A DNA stretch of 44,748 bases from the sequence record MK931438.1; one strand, written 5' to 3'. Positions 34,928-42,540 of the stretch are shown here, one piece after another. The position numbers were made by a program, and so were the translations under genes. Source of the DNA: Escherichia phage Schulenburg. The first letter of the stretch is position 1, and each line of letters opens with the position of its first letter. The notes under the pieces are model-generated. The model did no database searches and was not told where the DNA came from. It worked only from the letters and a program-made list of their open reading frames with translations.

Positions 34928-37185
34928 TCCAAATCCTCTTCTGTCACTATCAGCATCTCATTCGGCTCGTATATTGTCTTCGGAATCTTGTTATCGTTTA
35001 TGCCCCACGGCAGCCGATATTGCTTAGGTATAGGCCTGTTGTTATTATCCAGCCCAGAGACGATAACCCCAGCCTCGTGCATCTCCTCCAGTTTCTTTCG
35101 AAGGTCGTTATTAGCGTTAATCGGTACACCATAACTATCTTCTTTCGCCGCTTTGACGATAGCGGACATAGAAAACCCTCGCTTGTCGTCGCCCTGCTCC
35201 TGCAATTTACCTAATGCGTAAATAACCGTAGCTTCTTTGGTACCCAGTTTCTCGAACTGGCCTACCTTTTCTTTAACGGCTTCCTTCTGTTCGTCGGTCA
35301 TACCTTCTACTTTCTTCACGAAGACAGAGAAGGCGTTAAAGTTAACAAAGACATCGATGTGCGGATTTCCCGCGTCAAAATCTCGCACATCGTCACTGCT
35401 ATACCCTTCCGGAAGCACCATGAAGTTGTGAGTTGGTTCTTTCTTTTCCGGTGGCTCCGCTATCTGAATCTTCTGTATTACGAATCCTCTGGCTTTCTGC
35501 CGTTCTCCGTTTCGGTTCTTTATGTGATACAGGTTTATCTCTAAGTTATTGTCGTTGTCTGGTTTATGCAGGAACATCCCGTTATCGATGGAGTTGTGAA
35601 AGTCGCTCCCACCCTTCGGCATCATGCCGTTTTCAGACGGTACGGTTTCGTCGATGTTTTTAGTCGGGTGCACCATAGCGCCTACCGCAGCGTTAAGCGT
35701 CGACGCTATTTCGTTAAGCGCCTGCGCCGCTTCTTTCATCGACCTGTTGTCGTTCTCGTCGAAGCCTGGTATGCAAGTTTGTAGGGTATCAAACGTAACC
35801 TTTACAATTTTCTCTTCACCGGCGACACGGCGCATCATTCTTACCGCCTGGCGGCGCCATGCTTCATCAAGTAAATTACACCCATCGGCAACACAATCGA
35901 TAATGTGCAAGCGGTCCAGGCTATCCCCGAGGGCAATCTGCAAAGACTTTTTATGTCGCCCGAACGACTGTGCGCCTTCACCGGCGAAAATGAACGCATG
36001 TCCTTCTGCAACCTCTGCCCCACCGAACGCATATCTTTTTTCGGCGGCAATAGCGGCGTCAATCGCCATACTAAATGTCGACTTACCAGTGTGGGACTTT
36101 GCGCAAATGTAAAACGATTCGTTAGTCTGCATAAGGCCGTCTACGACGGAGTAAGCAGGTTCTTTTTCAACTTCCGGCTCGTCTTCGAGGTCTTCCAGAG
36201 TGCAAGTTACAGGCTCTTCATTCTCTGTGCGGTGTAATTCCTCAATCTCTTCGTCCGGTAAATCAGGCAGAGCCGCACGAATGCTGTTAATACTGATAGG
36301 TTGCTTGTCTACGTTAAGCTCGTCCGGAAGACCGCACATACGCAGAGCCAAATGTTGTCGGCGGTTAAGCTCGGTGCAAGCGCCGTTGTTTGTGTGCTGG
36401 CACACGAAGCGCACTTCTTTACCATCAAGCATAATGCTGGTGGAGCCTTTGCCGGTGTGCAGGTGTTCGTTAGGGCAAGGCACTTCGTACCCGCGACCGG
36501 AAGATAAAGCGTCAAGGCCAAGCTCCGCTTCGCAGAAATGCGCTATATCCGCGTTAAGCCCATGCTCATCGGCAGCAAGGGTCTTAGCTTCACGTTTACG
36601 CAACCCCATTTCTTCGGCTTTCTTGATGTACCGCTCGGCACGGATAACACGCCCTTCTGTAACCGTTATCTTCGACTCTTTATGCGGCAGGTAGATAAGG
36701 CGGTTGCCATCTTCTGTGCAGTGGTCACGCAGCGCTTCGTCTATCTCTAACTCTGCACAAATGGCGCGTTGTACCATCCACGCATCGTTAGAGTTAAACG
36801 GCGTGCGTGCAGGTACAAGAACGCGAAAGGCGTAATCCCCGTTTTTACACGCGTGCTGATGCGACGCCGTTGTGTGCAGAATGTTGAAGAACGGCGCGTT
36901 CTTGAATTTGCGCGTCAGGTCGCGGTACTGAGCGCGGTTGAGATGGTCGAAGTCGAACTTAACCACACTGTCTTCCAGAATCGCGTTCTTACGGCGACCG
37001 CCAACCGGCGCAATAGCTTTCTGCTTAATCTTGGCCGCGTCGTACTCTTCCTTAGTCCATGACGGGTCTACGGACAGACGCTTCGATGTATCGCAGACAT
37101 ACTCTACAAACTGCTCCAGTGGCATTTCACGGGCTACCGGGTTTTTATCGAATGTGTTACGCAGCGTTGCAAAAACAATATTCAT
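34924..37185 (-). CDS. DNA primase/helicase (P-loop NTPase)
   Basis: 753 aa; Walker A AKSHTGKST; large N-terminal domain; position in replication module. Confidence 0.65.
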   Translation of the reverse strand: MNIVFATLRNTFDKNPVAREMPLEQFVEYVCDTSKRLSVDPSWTKEEYDAAKIKQKAIAPVGGRRKNAILEDSVVKFDFDHLNRAQYRDLTRKFKNAPFFNILHTTASHQHACKNGDYAFRVLVPARTPFNSNDAWMVQRAICAELEIDEALRDHCTEDGNRLIYLPHKESKITVTEGRVIRAERYIKKAEEMGLRKREAKTLAADEHGLNADIAHFCEAELGLDALSSGRGYEVPCPNEHLHTGKGSTSIMLDGKEVRFVCQHTNNGACTELNRRQHLALRMCGLPDELNVDKQPISINSIRAALPDLPDEEIEELHRTENEEPVTCTLEDLEDEPEVEKEPAYSVVDGLMQTNESFYICAKSHTGKSTFSMAIDAAIAAEKRYAFGGAEVAEGHAFIFAGEGAQSFGRHKKSLQIALGDSLDRLHIIDCVADGCNLLDEAWRRQAVRMMRRVAGEEKIVKVTFDTLQTCIPGFDENDNRSMKEAAQALNEIASTLNAAVGAMVHPTKNIDETVPSENGMMPKGGSDFHNSIDNGMFLHKPDNDNNLEINLYHIKNRNGERQKARGFVIQKIQIAEPPEKKEPTHNFMVLPEGYSSDDVRDFDAGNPHIDVFVNFNAFSVFVKKVEGMTDEQKEAVKEKVGQFEKLGTKEATVIYALGKLQEQGDDKRGFSMSAIVKAAKEDSYGVPINANNDLRKKLEEMHEAGVIVSGLDNNNRPIPKQYRLPWGINDNKIPKTIYEPNEMLIVTEEDLE

Positions 37186-37202
37186 TTCTTTTTCTCCGCA
37201 CG

Positions 37203-37310
37203 TTATAAGGCTTCATGCATACGGCGCATTGCGCGGTTCATCTTTACCGGTGCGGAGAAGTCTGCGCCGTGTTTCTGGCGGCGTAGCTGTGGACCTATTA
37301 ATTTCGCCAT
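37203..37310 (-). CDS. small ORF (35 aa, speculative)
   Basis: AAGGA SD then ATG just upstream of primase; could be a leader peptide or non-coding. Confidence 0.25.
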   Translation of the reverse strand: MAKLIGPQLRRQKHGADFSAPVKMNRAMRRMHEAL

Positions 37311-37350
37311 TGTATAATCCTTGTGCTTACTTTGATGATTTGTGCTTCGG

Positions 37351-37384
37351 CCCCGACGTCCTAGCGTTGGGGTTTCTTTTATTT
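37351..37384 (+). terminator. plus-strand intrinsic terminator-like hairpin in a minus-strand operon
   Basis: ccccgacg / cgttgggg stem (with one G-U pair) followed by TTTCTTTTATTT; preceded about 35 nt upstream by TGTATAAT. Confidence 0.4.
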
Positions 37385-37591
37385 ATCGCCTGCAAACCAC
37401 GCGTGCGCAGAATCATAGAAACGACATTTACTTAATACCTCGATTGGCATCTTAATAATGCGCGTCGGTTCCGACAAATGATTAGGCTTACATATTTCTA
37501 CATAGAATCCGCTGTCAGTAATTTCTGACGCAAACTTAAACCGGTATTTAACTTTACCGTCTTCAAAGTAACAACCCATACGCCCAATCAT
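37379..37591 (-). CDS. hypothetical protein (70 aa)
   Basis: ORF coupled to upstream AlpA-like gene. Confidence 0.5.
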   Translation of the reverse strand: MIGRMGCYFEDGKVKYRFKFASEITDSGFYVEICKPNHLSEPTRIIKMPIEVLSKCRFYDSAHAWFAGDK

Positions 37592-37770
37592 TTCACGTTC
37601 TCCTTAATCCATGCTTCAACTTTATTACGGTCAAATGTACCCGGTAAACGGCGGCCCATTACTTTAATACAGCAGTCAGGGAATTTACCACTGCGCAGCC
37701 AGTTATTAATTGTCTGACGTGTCACACCGATACGTTCTGCTACTTCATTCTGGGTCATGTAATGTTGCAT
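37588..37770 (-). CDS. AlpA/Xis-like DNA-binding protein
   Basis: MTQNEVAERIGVTRQTINNWLRSGKFP HTH; ATG at 37770 with AGGAGA SD. Confidence 0.5.
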   Translation of the reverse strand: MQHYMTQNEVAERIGVTRQTINNWLRSGKFPDCCIKVMGRRLPGTFDRNKVEAWIKENVK

Positions 37771-37801
37771 TTTTATATCTCCTGTTTGTTTGGTGAAGCT
37801 G

Positions 37802-37830
37802 AGTATAGGATAGCGGGAATGTAAAAGCAA
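37802..37830 (-). promoter_or_regulatory. sigma70-like promoter (TTGCTT-17-TATACT) for AlpA-like operon
   Basis: Minus-strand -35/-10 with 17-nt spacer about 30 nt upstream of ATG 37770. Confidence 0.45.
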
Positions 37831-37876
37831 CCAAAACGCCACACAAAGTTACTAAGATACAAAAGATGCTACTGGT

Positions 37877-37905
37877 GTTGACTTTTACTAAGAAATATGG
37901 TAAGC
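37877..37905 (+). promoter_or_regulatory. sigma70-like promoter (TTGACT-17-TAAGCT) of conserved RNA element, copy 2
   Basis: Same hexamers and spacing as the copy at about 6280. Confidence 0.5.
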
Positions 37906-38105
37906 TCAGCCTGAGCTTGTGAAGTATGAACAAGCGACCGCGGCGCGCGGCAGGCGAAACGAGCACGTGTAGCGTGTGGAGTGAGGCTCGCTAGCGCGTT
38001 TGGGAGGCCCAAAGTCTATTGTAATTCCCGCCTAAATATCTAAGTTACTGATTTGCCGTAGGTTATATCCGCAAGCTCACTCACTCTTGGTGCCTTCGGC
38101 ACCAC
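37906..38105 (+). ncRNA. candidate promoter-proximal structured RNA / leader element (copy 2)
   Basis: Shares the about 40-nt core and a further diverged about 130 nt with copy 1; hairpin gcttgt-N9-acaagc; ends near the ggtgcc-ttcg-ggcacc hairpin. Confidence 0.3.
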
Positions 38106-38174
38106 GTTCGTTTCGCTCGCTACACCATTAAACAAAAGAATCACAACGGCAACGTAACCATTTTCAATGAATCT

Positions 38175-38203
38175 CTTGCACACCCCAACATAATAGGATA
38201 CTA
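38175..38203 (+). promoter_or_regulatory. type-B promoter/operator (TTGCAC-N17-TACTAT over palindrome AATAGGATACTATT)
   Basis: About 35 nt upstream of first early gene. Confidence 0.45.
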
Positions 38204-38238
38204 TTCACTTATCGGAACGAGACAGAGGAGTGAGGGTT

Positions 38239-38421
38239 ATGTTTAAGAAGGGTCAGTTGGTTAAAGTAAAAGGGACCAGGGCTTTTTGCTGCGTAGAGTG
38301 GTGTATTGAAATAGATGGGCTTGTTAAGGTTAAAAATGTATTCATAGGCCACTACAGTATATTGCACACGAAAGACATAGAACTCATCGGCAACAATTTT
38401 AAATTCAAAGGGGCGAAGTGA
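38239..38421 (+). CDS. hypothetical early protein (60 aa)
   Basis: ATG with GAGGAG SD; first gene of rightward early cluster. Confidence 0.5.
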   Translation: MFKKGQLVKVKGTRAFCCVEWCIEIDGLVKVKNVFIGHYSILHTKDIELIGNNFKFKGAK

Positions 38422-38609
38422 TGGGAGAATTAATTTACGACGTATACGTCGACGGGGTTATCTCAGAGACGACAAGTAATAAAGATTACGCAATAAAGCT
38501 GTATGTGTATTACGCCGCAGAGGTAGGAAGGATGGTCGAAGTGCGGGAGAGAACGGCATCGAATCATGGTGCCAGTGCCGACGACTCTGAGGGAGGTTGC
38601 CGTAAATGA
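38418..38609 (+). CDS. hypothetical early protein (63 aa)
   Basis: ATGA overlap coupling. Confidence 0.5.
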   Translation: MMGELIYDVYVDGVISETTSNKDYAIKLYVYYAAEVGRMVEVRERTASNHGASADDSEGGCRK

Positions 38610-38797
38610 GAATTCGTATAACTGATGTTGAACAAACATGCCCTGAGGAATACCAGGACGTTAGCCTTGCGTACTTTGGCGTCTCTGTTGGTGATGAGTT
38701 CGACGTAGGTATTAGTTGCGAATATGGGTTTGTTGTAAATCATCGCGGCGAGAATTTGTTCGTCCGTAATTCTGAATGCGAAGTTCTGGAGGACTAA
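38606..38797 (+). CDS. hypothetical early protein (63 aa)
   Basis: ATGA overlap coupling. Confidence 0.5.
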   Translation: MRIRITDVEQTCPEEYQDVSLAYFGVSVGDEFDVGISCEYGFVVNHRGENLFVRNSECEVLED

Positions 38798-38800
38798 GTT

Positions 38801-38962
38801 ATGAGAGAAGCGTTCGAACGGTGGGCCGTCGTCGAGGGTCTGCCGGTTAACAAGGGTTCGAAGAAAGAGTACCTGAACGTTAAGACGCGTCTCGCGTGGC
38901 GGGCGTGGAAAGCTGGTGTGCAATATCGTGCCGGTATGACAGGTGGTGTAACAGGTCAATAG
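38801..38962 (+). CDS. hypothetical early protein (53 aa)
   Basis: Not in ORF track; GGAGGA SD then ATG 38801. Confidence 0.4.
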   Translation: MREAFERWAVVEGLPVNKGSKKEYLNVKTRLAWRAWKAGVQYRAGMTGGVTGQ

Positions 38963-38984
38963 TTTAGGATTTTACTGAGTGACT

Positions 38985-39025
38985 TACGCTGCTGTGTAGC
39001 AGCGTATCATTTTTCTCATTTTTTG
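38985..39025 (+). terminator. intrinsic terminator
   Basis: 9-bp stem tacgctgct / agcagcgta with GTGT loop followed by TCATTTTTCTCATTTTTT. Confidence 0.6.
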
Positions 39026-39100
39026 TCCTATTTCGCCAAACGCAACAATCGAATCGACTATTGCAGGAGATGCAATAATACAAACACCAATAAAATTTAC

Positions 39101-39129
39101 TTGCACGATGGGGAAGAATAGGATACTAT
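39101..39129 (+). promoter_or_regulatory. type-B promoter/operator (TTGCAC-N17-TACTAT over palindrome AATAGGATACTATT)
   Basis: About 35 nt upstream of ATG 39161. Confidence 0.45.
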
Positions 39130-39160
39130 TCATTTACACAAACGAGAGGAGAGGCAGAAT

Positions 39161-39310
39161 ATGGTTACTTTGATGATTATGGAGTTCGAAAACAGCGCTG
39201 CAACTTACCGCGAGATGACTATGGCGCAGGCGTACCACCTGGCTAAACACGGCAACTTCTACAAGGCTCAAATCATTAATGAGTTTGGGGTAATTGACTA
39301 TGAATTTTAA
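39161..39310 (+). CDS. hypothetical protein (49 aa)
   Basis: Not in ORF track; GAGGAGAGG SD then ATG. Confidence 0.4.
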   Translation: MVTLMIMEFENSAATYREMTMAQAYHLAKHGNFYKAQIINEFGVIDYEF

Positions 39311-39572
39311 CAGCTACACCGTGACCGTTGATTTTGAGGGGCTGGAGTTGCCCCTCCCTAACAACTACCGGTACATAACGCGCGATAGTAATGGGTTTAT
39401 TCAGGGGTGGAGGAACAAACCGACGGACACTGAGTTCGGGATGTCAGGAGGGGAAGAGCTGCCGATCACTTTCGGGCACCAAAGTAGTAATGAAGAACTT
39501 AAAACGGTGATTCGTAAGTATCGTCGCCGCGGTAACACCGGGCTTATCGCAATAACAGGCGCTGTTGAATAA
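39300..39572 (+). CDS. hypothetical protein (90 aa)
   Basis: ATG 39300 overlapping upstream ORF end. Confidence 0.5.
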   Translation: MNFNSYTVTVDFEGLELPLPNNYRYITRDSNGFIQGWRNKPTDTEFGMSGGEELPITFGHQSSNEELKTVIRKYRRRGNTGLIAITGAVE

Positions 39573-39591
39573 GTGAGAGGAGAGACAGAAG

Positions 39592-39711
39592 ATGTATAAG
39601 TATTTGACGGTGGAGAAACTGGAGCAGCTTTATGCTGAGTTGCGAGTTTGCAGCGTATGCAACGGCGACAACGAGCATGTTTACGGAGAACTGGAGGTAG
39701 CTGATGAGTAA
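39592..39711 (+). CDS. small ORF (39 aa, speculative)
   Basis: GAGAGGAGAG SD then ATG; contains C-x2-C. Confidence 0.3.
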   Translation: MYKYLTVEKLEQLYAELRVCSVCNGDNEHVYGELEVADE

Positions 39712-40180
39712 CAAAAACGAAGTATTCGAGTACCTGATTGACCAGTTACGGCAGCAGGTAAATAGTAACCAGTGCGAAGACCTGGCGCACGAGGTGCTGT
39801 CACTCAAGAATCAGTTACGTGATGTGTCAGAACATATTAAGGAGTTGCATAAGGCGTTGGCTACAGCTACAGGTGACGTAGGCGCTTATATAGCAGCAGA
39901 GCAATCTGGTTGCCGTAAGGAAGATACTCAGTACAACGCCTGGAGGCCGCATTACGGTGCACGACAACCTGTGCCGGATGGGACTATGGTATTTATCCGG
40001 TATCGCAACGGGGAGGAGCCGAAACACAGTGTAGCAGCAGAAAAGCGGTCGTGGATTTGGGATGGAACATACGCAGACATAGTGGAATACAAGATTGACA
40101 CACAGGAATGCGAGCACAATTGGTTATATAGTAAACACAAAAGTGGCTTCGTTTGCTTTAATTGTGGGGCGCGTAAGTAA
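39704..40180 (+). CDS. hypothetical protein with C-terminal zinc-ribbon-like motif
   Basis: 158 aa; C-terminus CEHNW...CFNCG. Confidence 0.55.
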   Translation: MSNKNEVFEYLIDQLRQQVNSNQCEDLAHEVLSLKNQLRDVSEHIKELHKALATATGDVGAYIAAEQSGCRKEDTQYNAWRPHYGARQPVPDGTMVFIRYRNGEEPKHSVAAEKRSWIWDGTYADIVEYKIDTQECEHNWLYSKHKSGFVCFNCGARK

Positions 40181-40383
40181 TGACCAGCATCTTATTTATC
40201 TGGACACTTACCGCAGGCCAGATGCAACTGGCGGCATCAGAAACGTTTTACTCGATGGAGGCGTGCCAGTCAGCGGCACGCGCCGCAGAGAACGCGCACT
40301 TCCTGTTTCAGGGTGACAAGCCCAACGATTCAGAGGTACGCGCTATCTGCTCACCTAAGCGACTTGGTAAACAGGAGAGATAA
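40180..40383 (+). CDS. hypothetical protein with N-terminal hydrophobic segment
   Basis: 67 aa; ATGA overlap. Confidence 0.45.
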   Translation: MTSILFIWTLTAGQMQLAASETFYSMEACQSAARAAENAHFLFQGDKPNDSEVRAICSPKRLGKQER

Positions 40384-40385
40384 TT

Positions 40386-40568
40386 ATGGCTGTTCGCAAA
40401 GGCTTTTATGAAGATGGCCACTTCGATAGCAAAGTAAACGGGGAGTACGTAAGTTATGAAGACTACGCGAAACTCGAAGCCGAGTTACAGAAATACAAAG
40501 ACCAGTTCCCGGATTACGTCGAGTGCGCGAACTGTGGGTCAATTACACATGTGGAAGGGGTGGAGTGA
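40386..40568 (+). CDS. hypothetical protein (tandem paralogue 1)
   Basis: 60 aa; shares motif YV-YEDYAKLEAEL with the next ORF. Confidence 0.45.
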   Translation: MAVRKGFYEDGHFDSKVNGEYVSYEDYAKLEAELQKYKDQFPDYVECANCGSITHVEGVE

Positions 40569-40762
40569 TGGTGCAGAGATATGAGGTAAAAGCGTGGGGC
40601 CTGCCAGAGCCTGAGATGGCTGAGTACGCATACGGCGATTATGTAGAGTATGACGCTTATCTGAAACTTGAAGCAAAGTTACGTGAATTCGCCGAACAGG
40701 TAATGTACGCACCTTGTTCGAAAGTTACAGAAGAAATGGCCCGCGAGATTCTCGGAATATGA
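40568..40762 (+). CDS. hypothetical protein (tandem paralogue 2)
   Basis: 64 aa from ATG 40568; motif YVEYDAYLKLEAKL. Confidence 0.45.
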   Translation: MVQRYEVKAWGLPEPEMAEYAYGDYVEYDAYLKLEAKLREFAEQVMYAPCSKVTEEMAREILGI

Positions 40763-41052
40763 GCCTCGCAACTGACATCCTGAAACGAAGCGGCCTTGCG
40801 CCGCTGTCGCCGAGAGCGAATACACGAATACACAAGCGCCGCCGTAACGCGCTGTACCATGAGATTCAGGCCAGACGCAAAGCGGTCCGCGCCTGCGGAT
40901 TCCAGAGCGGGAAGGCCGTTAATCTAGGCGAGTTTAAGACGAAGGAACGCGCAGCAATCGCTAATCGGATATTTAATTACTGGAAATCGCTGGGATATGA
41001 TGATATTCCGACGAAACCGCAGAGACGACAATACATCTGGAGACATAAATAA
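40759..41052 (+). CDS. hypothetical basic protein (97 aa)
   Basis: Arg/Lys-rich; ATG 40759 overlaps upstream stop. Confidence 0.45.
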   Translation: MSLATDILKRSGLAPLSPRANTRIHKRRRNALYHEIQARRKAVRACGFQSGKAVNLGEFKTKERAAIANRIFNYWKSLGYDDIPTKPQRRQYIWRHK

Positions 41053-41082
41053 ACCGTTATTAAGATAATTCCTAACCGTGCT

Positions 41083-41122
41083 ATCCTCCAGTTACTGCAT
41101 ACTTAATACGCACCTGGAGGAT
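41083..41122 (+). promoter_or_regulatory. SD-sequestering hairpin upstream of holin start
   Basis: 9-bp stem atcctccag / ctggaggat with about 22-nt loop; the 3' arm contains the GGAGGA SD for the TTG start at 41128. Confidence 0.4.
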
Positions 41123-41127
41123 TCATC

Positions 41128-41436
41128 TTGGATAAATTTACTGAAACAGTGACAGGCTGGCTTCTGGCTGCCGCACTAGCCGGTGGGGTAATCGGACTAA
41201 GGCAACATAAGTCCGCTATTTCCGGCCCTATCGACGGCTTCTGCTTTATTGCAACTGGATTCACTTGCGCCGTATTCGGTGCACCTCTCGCTGCCCAATG
41301 GTTTGGCATTACCGGTGAGCGTGAGATAGCTGGCCTTGGCTTCATTATCGCTATTCTCTGGATGCCTATTTATTCCCGTCTCTCCGGTATCGTCGCCGGA
41401 GAATACATCGCACGTCGAGGAGGTGGCAATGAATGA
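41128..41436 (+). CDS. holin (putative)
   Basis: 102 aa, predicted 2-3 TM helices, charged C-terminus; TTG start; immediately upstream of endolysin. Confidence 0.5.
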   Translation: MDKFTETVTGWLLAAALAGGVIGLRQHKSAISGPIDGFCFIATGFTCAVFGAPLAAQWFGITGEREIAGLGFIIAILWMPIYSRLSGIVAGEYIARRGGGNE

Positions 41437-41710
41437 GTTATTCTGGTTTGGCGGTATGCTCGCTATCGGAGGCACATCGCTGTTTAACGTATACCACCCC
41501 AGCGTTGACGACGGGCTATTCGGTCGGGTGCTCTATATCCTGACCGCTATCGTCTGCGCCGCCGGGTGTATCCACCTGCTACAGGGCAGCGTGTCACCAA
41601 CGTTGCCGGAAACACTAATCACCCTGGTAGCGCTGCGACAGATTCGTCAATCGTGGCTGCATTACCAGTCGAAAGGAGGACATAAGCGTGTCTCGAAACA
41701 TTTCAGATAA
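41429..41710 (+). CDS. holin-like / antiholin membrane protein (putative)
   Basis: 93 aa from ATG 41429 (AGGAGG SD), two predicted TM helices, basic C-terminus; overlaps both neighbours. Confidence 0.45.
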   Translation: MNELFWFGGMLAIGGTSLFNVYHPSVDDGLFGRVLYILTAIVCAAGCIHLLQGSVSPTLPETLITLVALRQIRQSWLHYQSKGGHKRVSKHFR

Positions 41711-42191
41711 TGGATTGCAGTTCAAGAAAGCGTGGGAGAAGTTTCGTGGAACTGCGTACAAAGCCACAAAGAACGAGAAATACTGGACTATAGGCTGGGG
41801 CCATACCGGACCAGATGTGTACGAAGGGCAGAAGATTACCGAGGGTCAGGGGTTGCTGTTACTTAACCGTGATATGCAGTGGGCGGTGAAAGCAGTAGAC
41901 GAGGTGGCGCATCCATCGCTTACCCAGGCCCAGTTTGATGCCGTTGTTGACCTGGTGTTTAACGCCGGAACTGGTGTTATCGCAGCGACTACCGGAACCG
42001 GTAAGGCGCTACGGCAGGGGGACATCGCAGCCTTACGGCACAAGATGAGCCAGTTCATTAACCAGCGCAACCCTAAGACCGGTAAACTTGAACCTGTTCT
42101 GGGCCTGCGCCGTCGTGTAGCGGGTCGCCTGGCGCTGTTCGACGGTAAACCGTGGCAGGAGGCGGAGGATATCGGGAGGGCTGTTAAGTGA
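41688..42191 (+). CDS. endolysin, GH24 phage lysozyme
   Basis: T4-lysozyme-like motifs WEKFRGTAYK and YWTIGWGHTG; GTG start with AAAGGAGGA SD. Confidence 0.85.
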   Translation: MSRNISDNGLQFKKAWEKFRGTAYKATKNEKYWTIGWGHTGPDVYEGQKITEGQGLLLLNRDMQWAVKAVDEVAHPSLTQAQFDAVVDLVFNAGTGVIAATTGTGKALRQGDIAALRHKMSQFINQRNPKTGKLEPVLGLRRRVAGRLALFDGKPWQEAEDIGRAVK

Positions 42192-42323
42192 TGGACGAAT
42201 ACGAAGGTGTTTAGTATTATGGTTAAGCCAAGTTTTTCGTATTTGCATACTAAGCCTTGGTAAACCTGAAGCAGCAGCCCAAGCGGTGGAGACTGCGTAG
42301 GGTTCAGAGGCTTATGACCGAAA

Positions 42324-42352
42324 CCCGGACCGCGAATCCGGGTTTTATTTTA
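42324..42352 (+). terminator. intrinsic terminator 1 after lysis cassette
   Basis: acccgga-ccgcgaa-tccgggt hairpin followed by TTTATTTT. Confidence 0.6.
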
Positions 42353-42356
42353 CCAA

Positions 42357-42385
42357 TTGACACCTGAGAATAATCCGACGATACT
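42357..42385 (+). promoter_or_regulatory. candidate promoter (TTGACA-17-GATACT)
   Basis: Perfect -35 with weak -10, located between the two terminators. Confidence 0.3.
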
Positions 42386-42424
42386 TAAATCACCTCCTGT
42401 TCCATCCCTCTGCTCTCCAGTTTT

Positions 42425-42457
42425 ATCCCGGCCCTGACCCAGCCGGGATTTTTTTTA
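42425..42457 (+). terminator. intrinsic terminator 2 after lysis cassette
   Basis: 8-bp stem atcccggc / gccgggat followed by 7-8 T. Confidence 0.65.
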
Positions 42458-42478
42458 TCTATTTTCTGTAATGACTAG

Positions 42479-42507
42479 TTGACTATTACCTACGACCCTA
42501 TTATATT
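42479..42507 (+). promoter_or_regulatory. sigma70-like promoter (TTGACT-17-TATATT)
   Basis: About 35 nt upstream of ATG 42541. Confidence 0.5.
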
Positions 42508-42540
42508 TACTTCATCGACAACGAGAACGGAGTAGAGAAG

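Noticed and set aside
6180-39130. Recurrent AATAG-N4-CTATT motifs as a possible CRISPR-like or tandem repeat array
   Set aside because: Copies are dispersed singly in promoter regions kilobases apart, are palindromic and embedded in -35/-10 contexts; they are operators, not an array with spacers.
42270-42352. Possible tRNA or tRNA-like structure after the endolysin gene
   Set aside because: The hairpin with a 7-nt loop (ccgcgaa) resembles a T-arm, but no acceptor stem, D-arm or anticodon arm can be paired; better explained as an intrinsic terminator.
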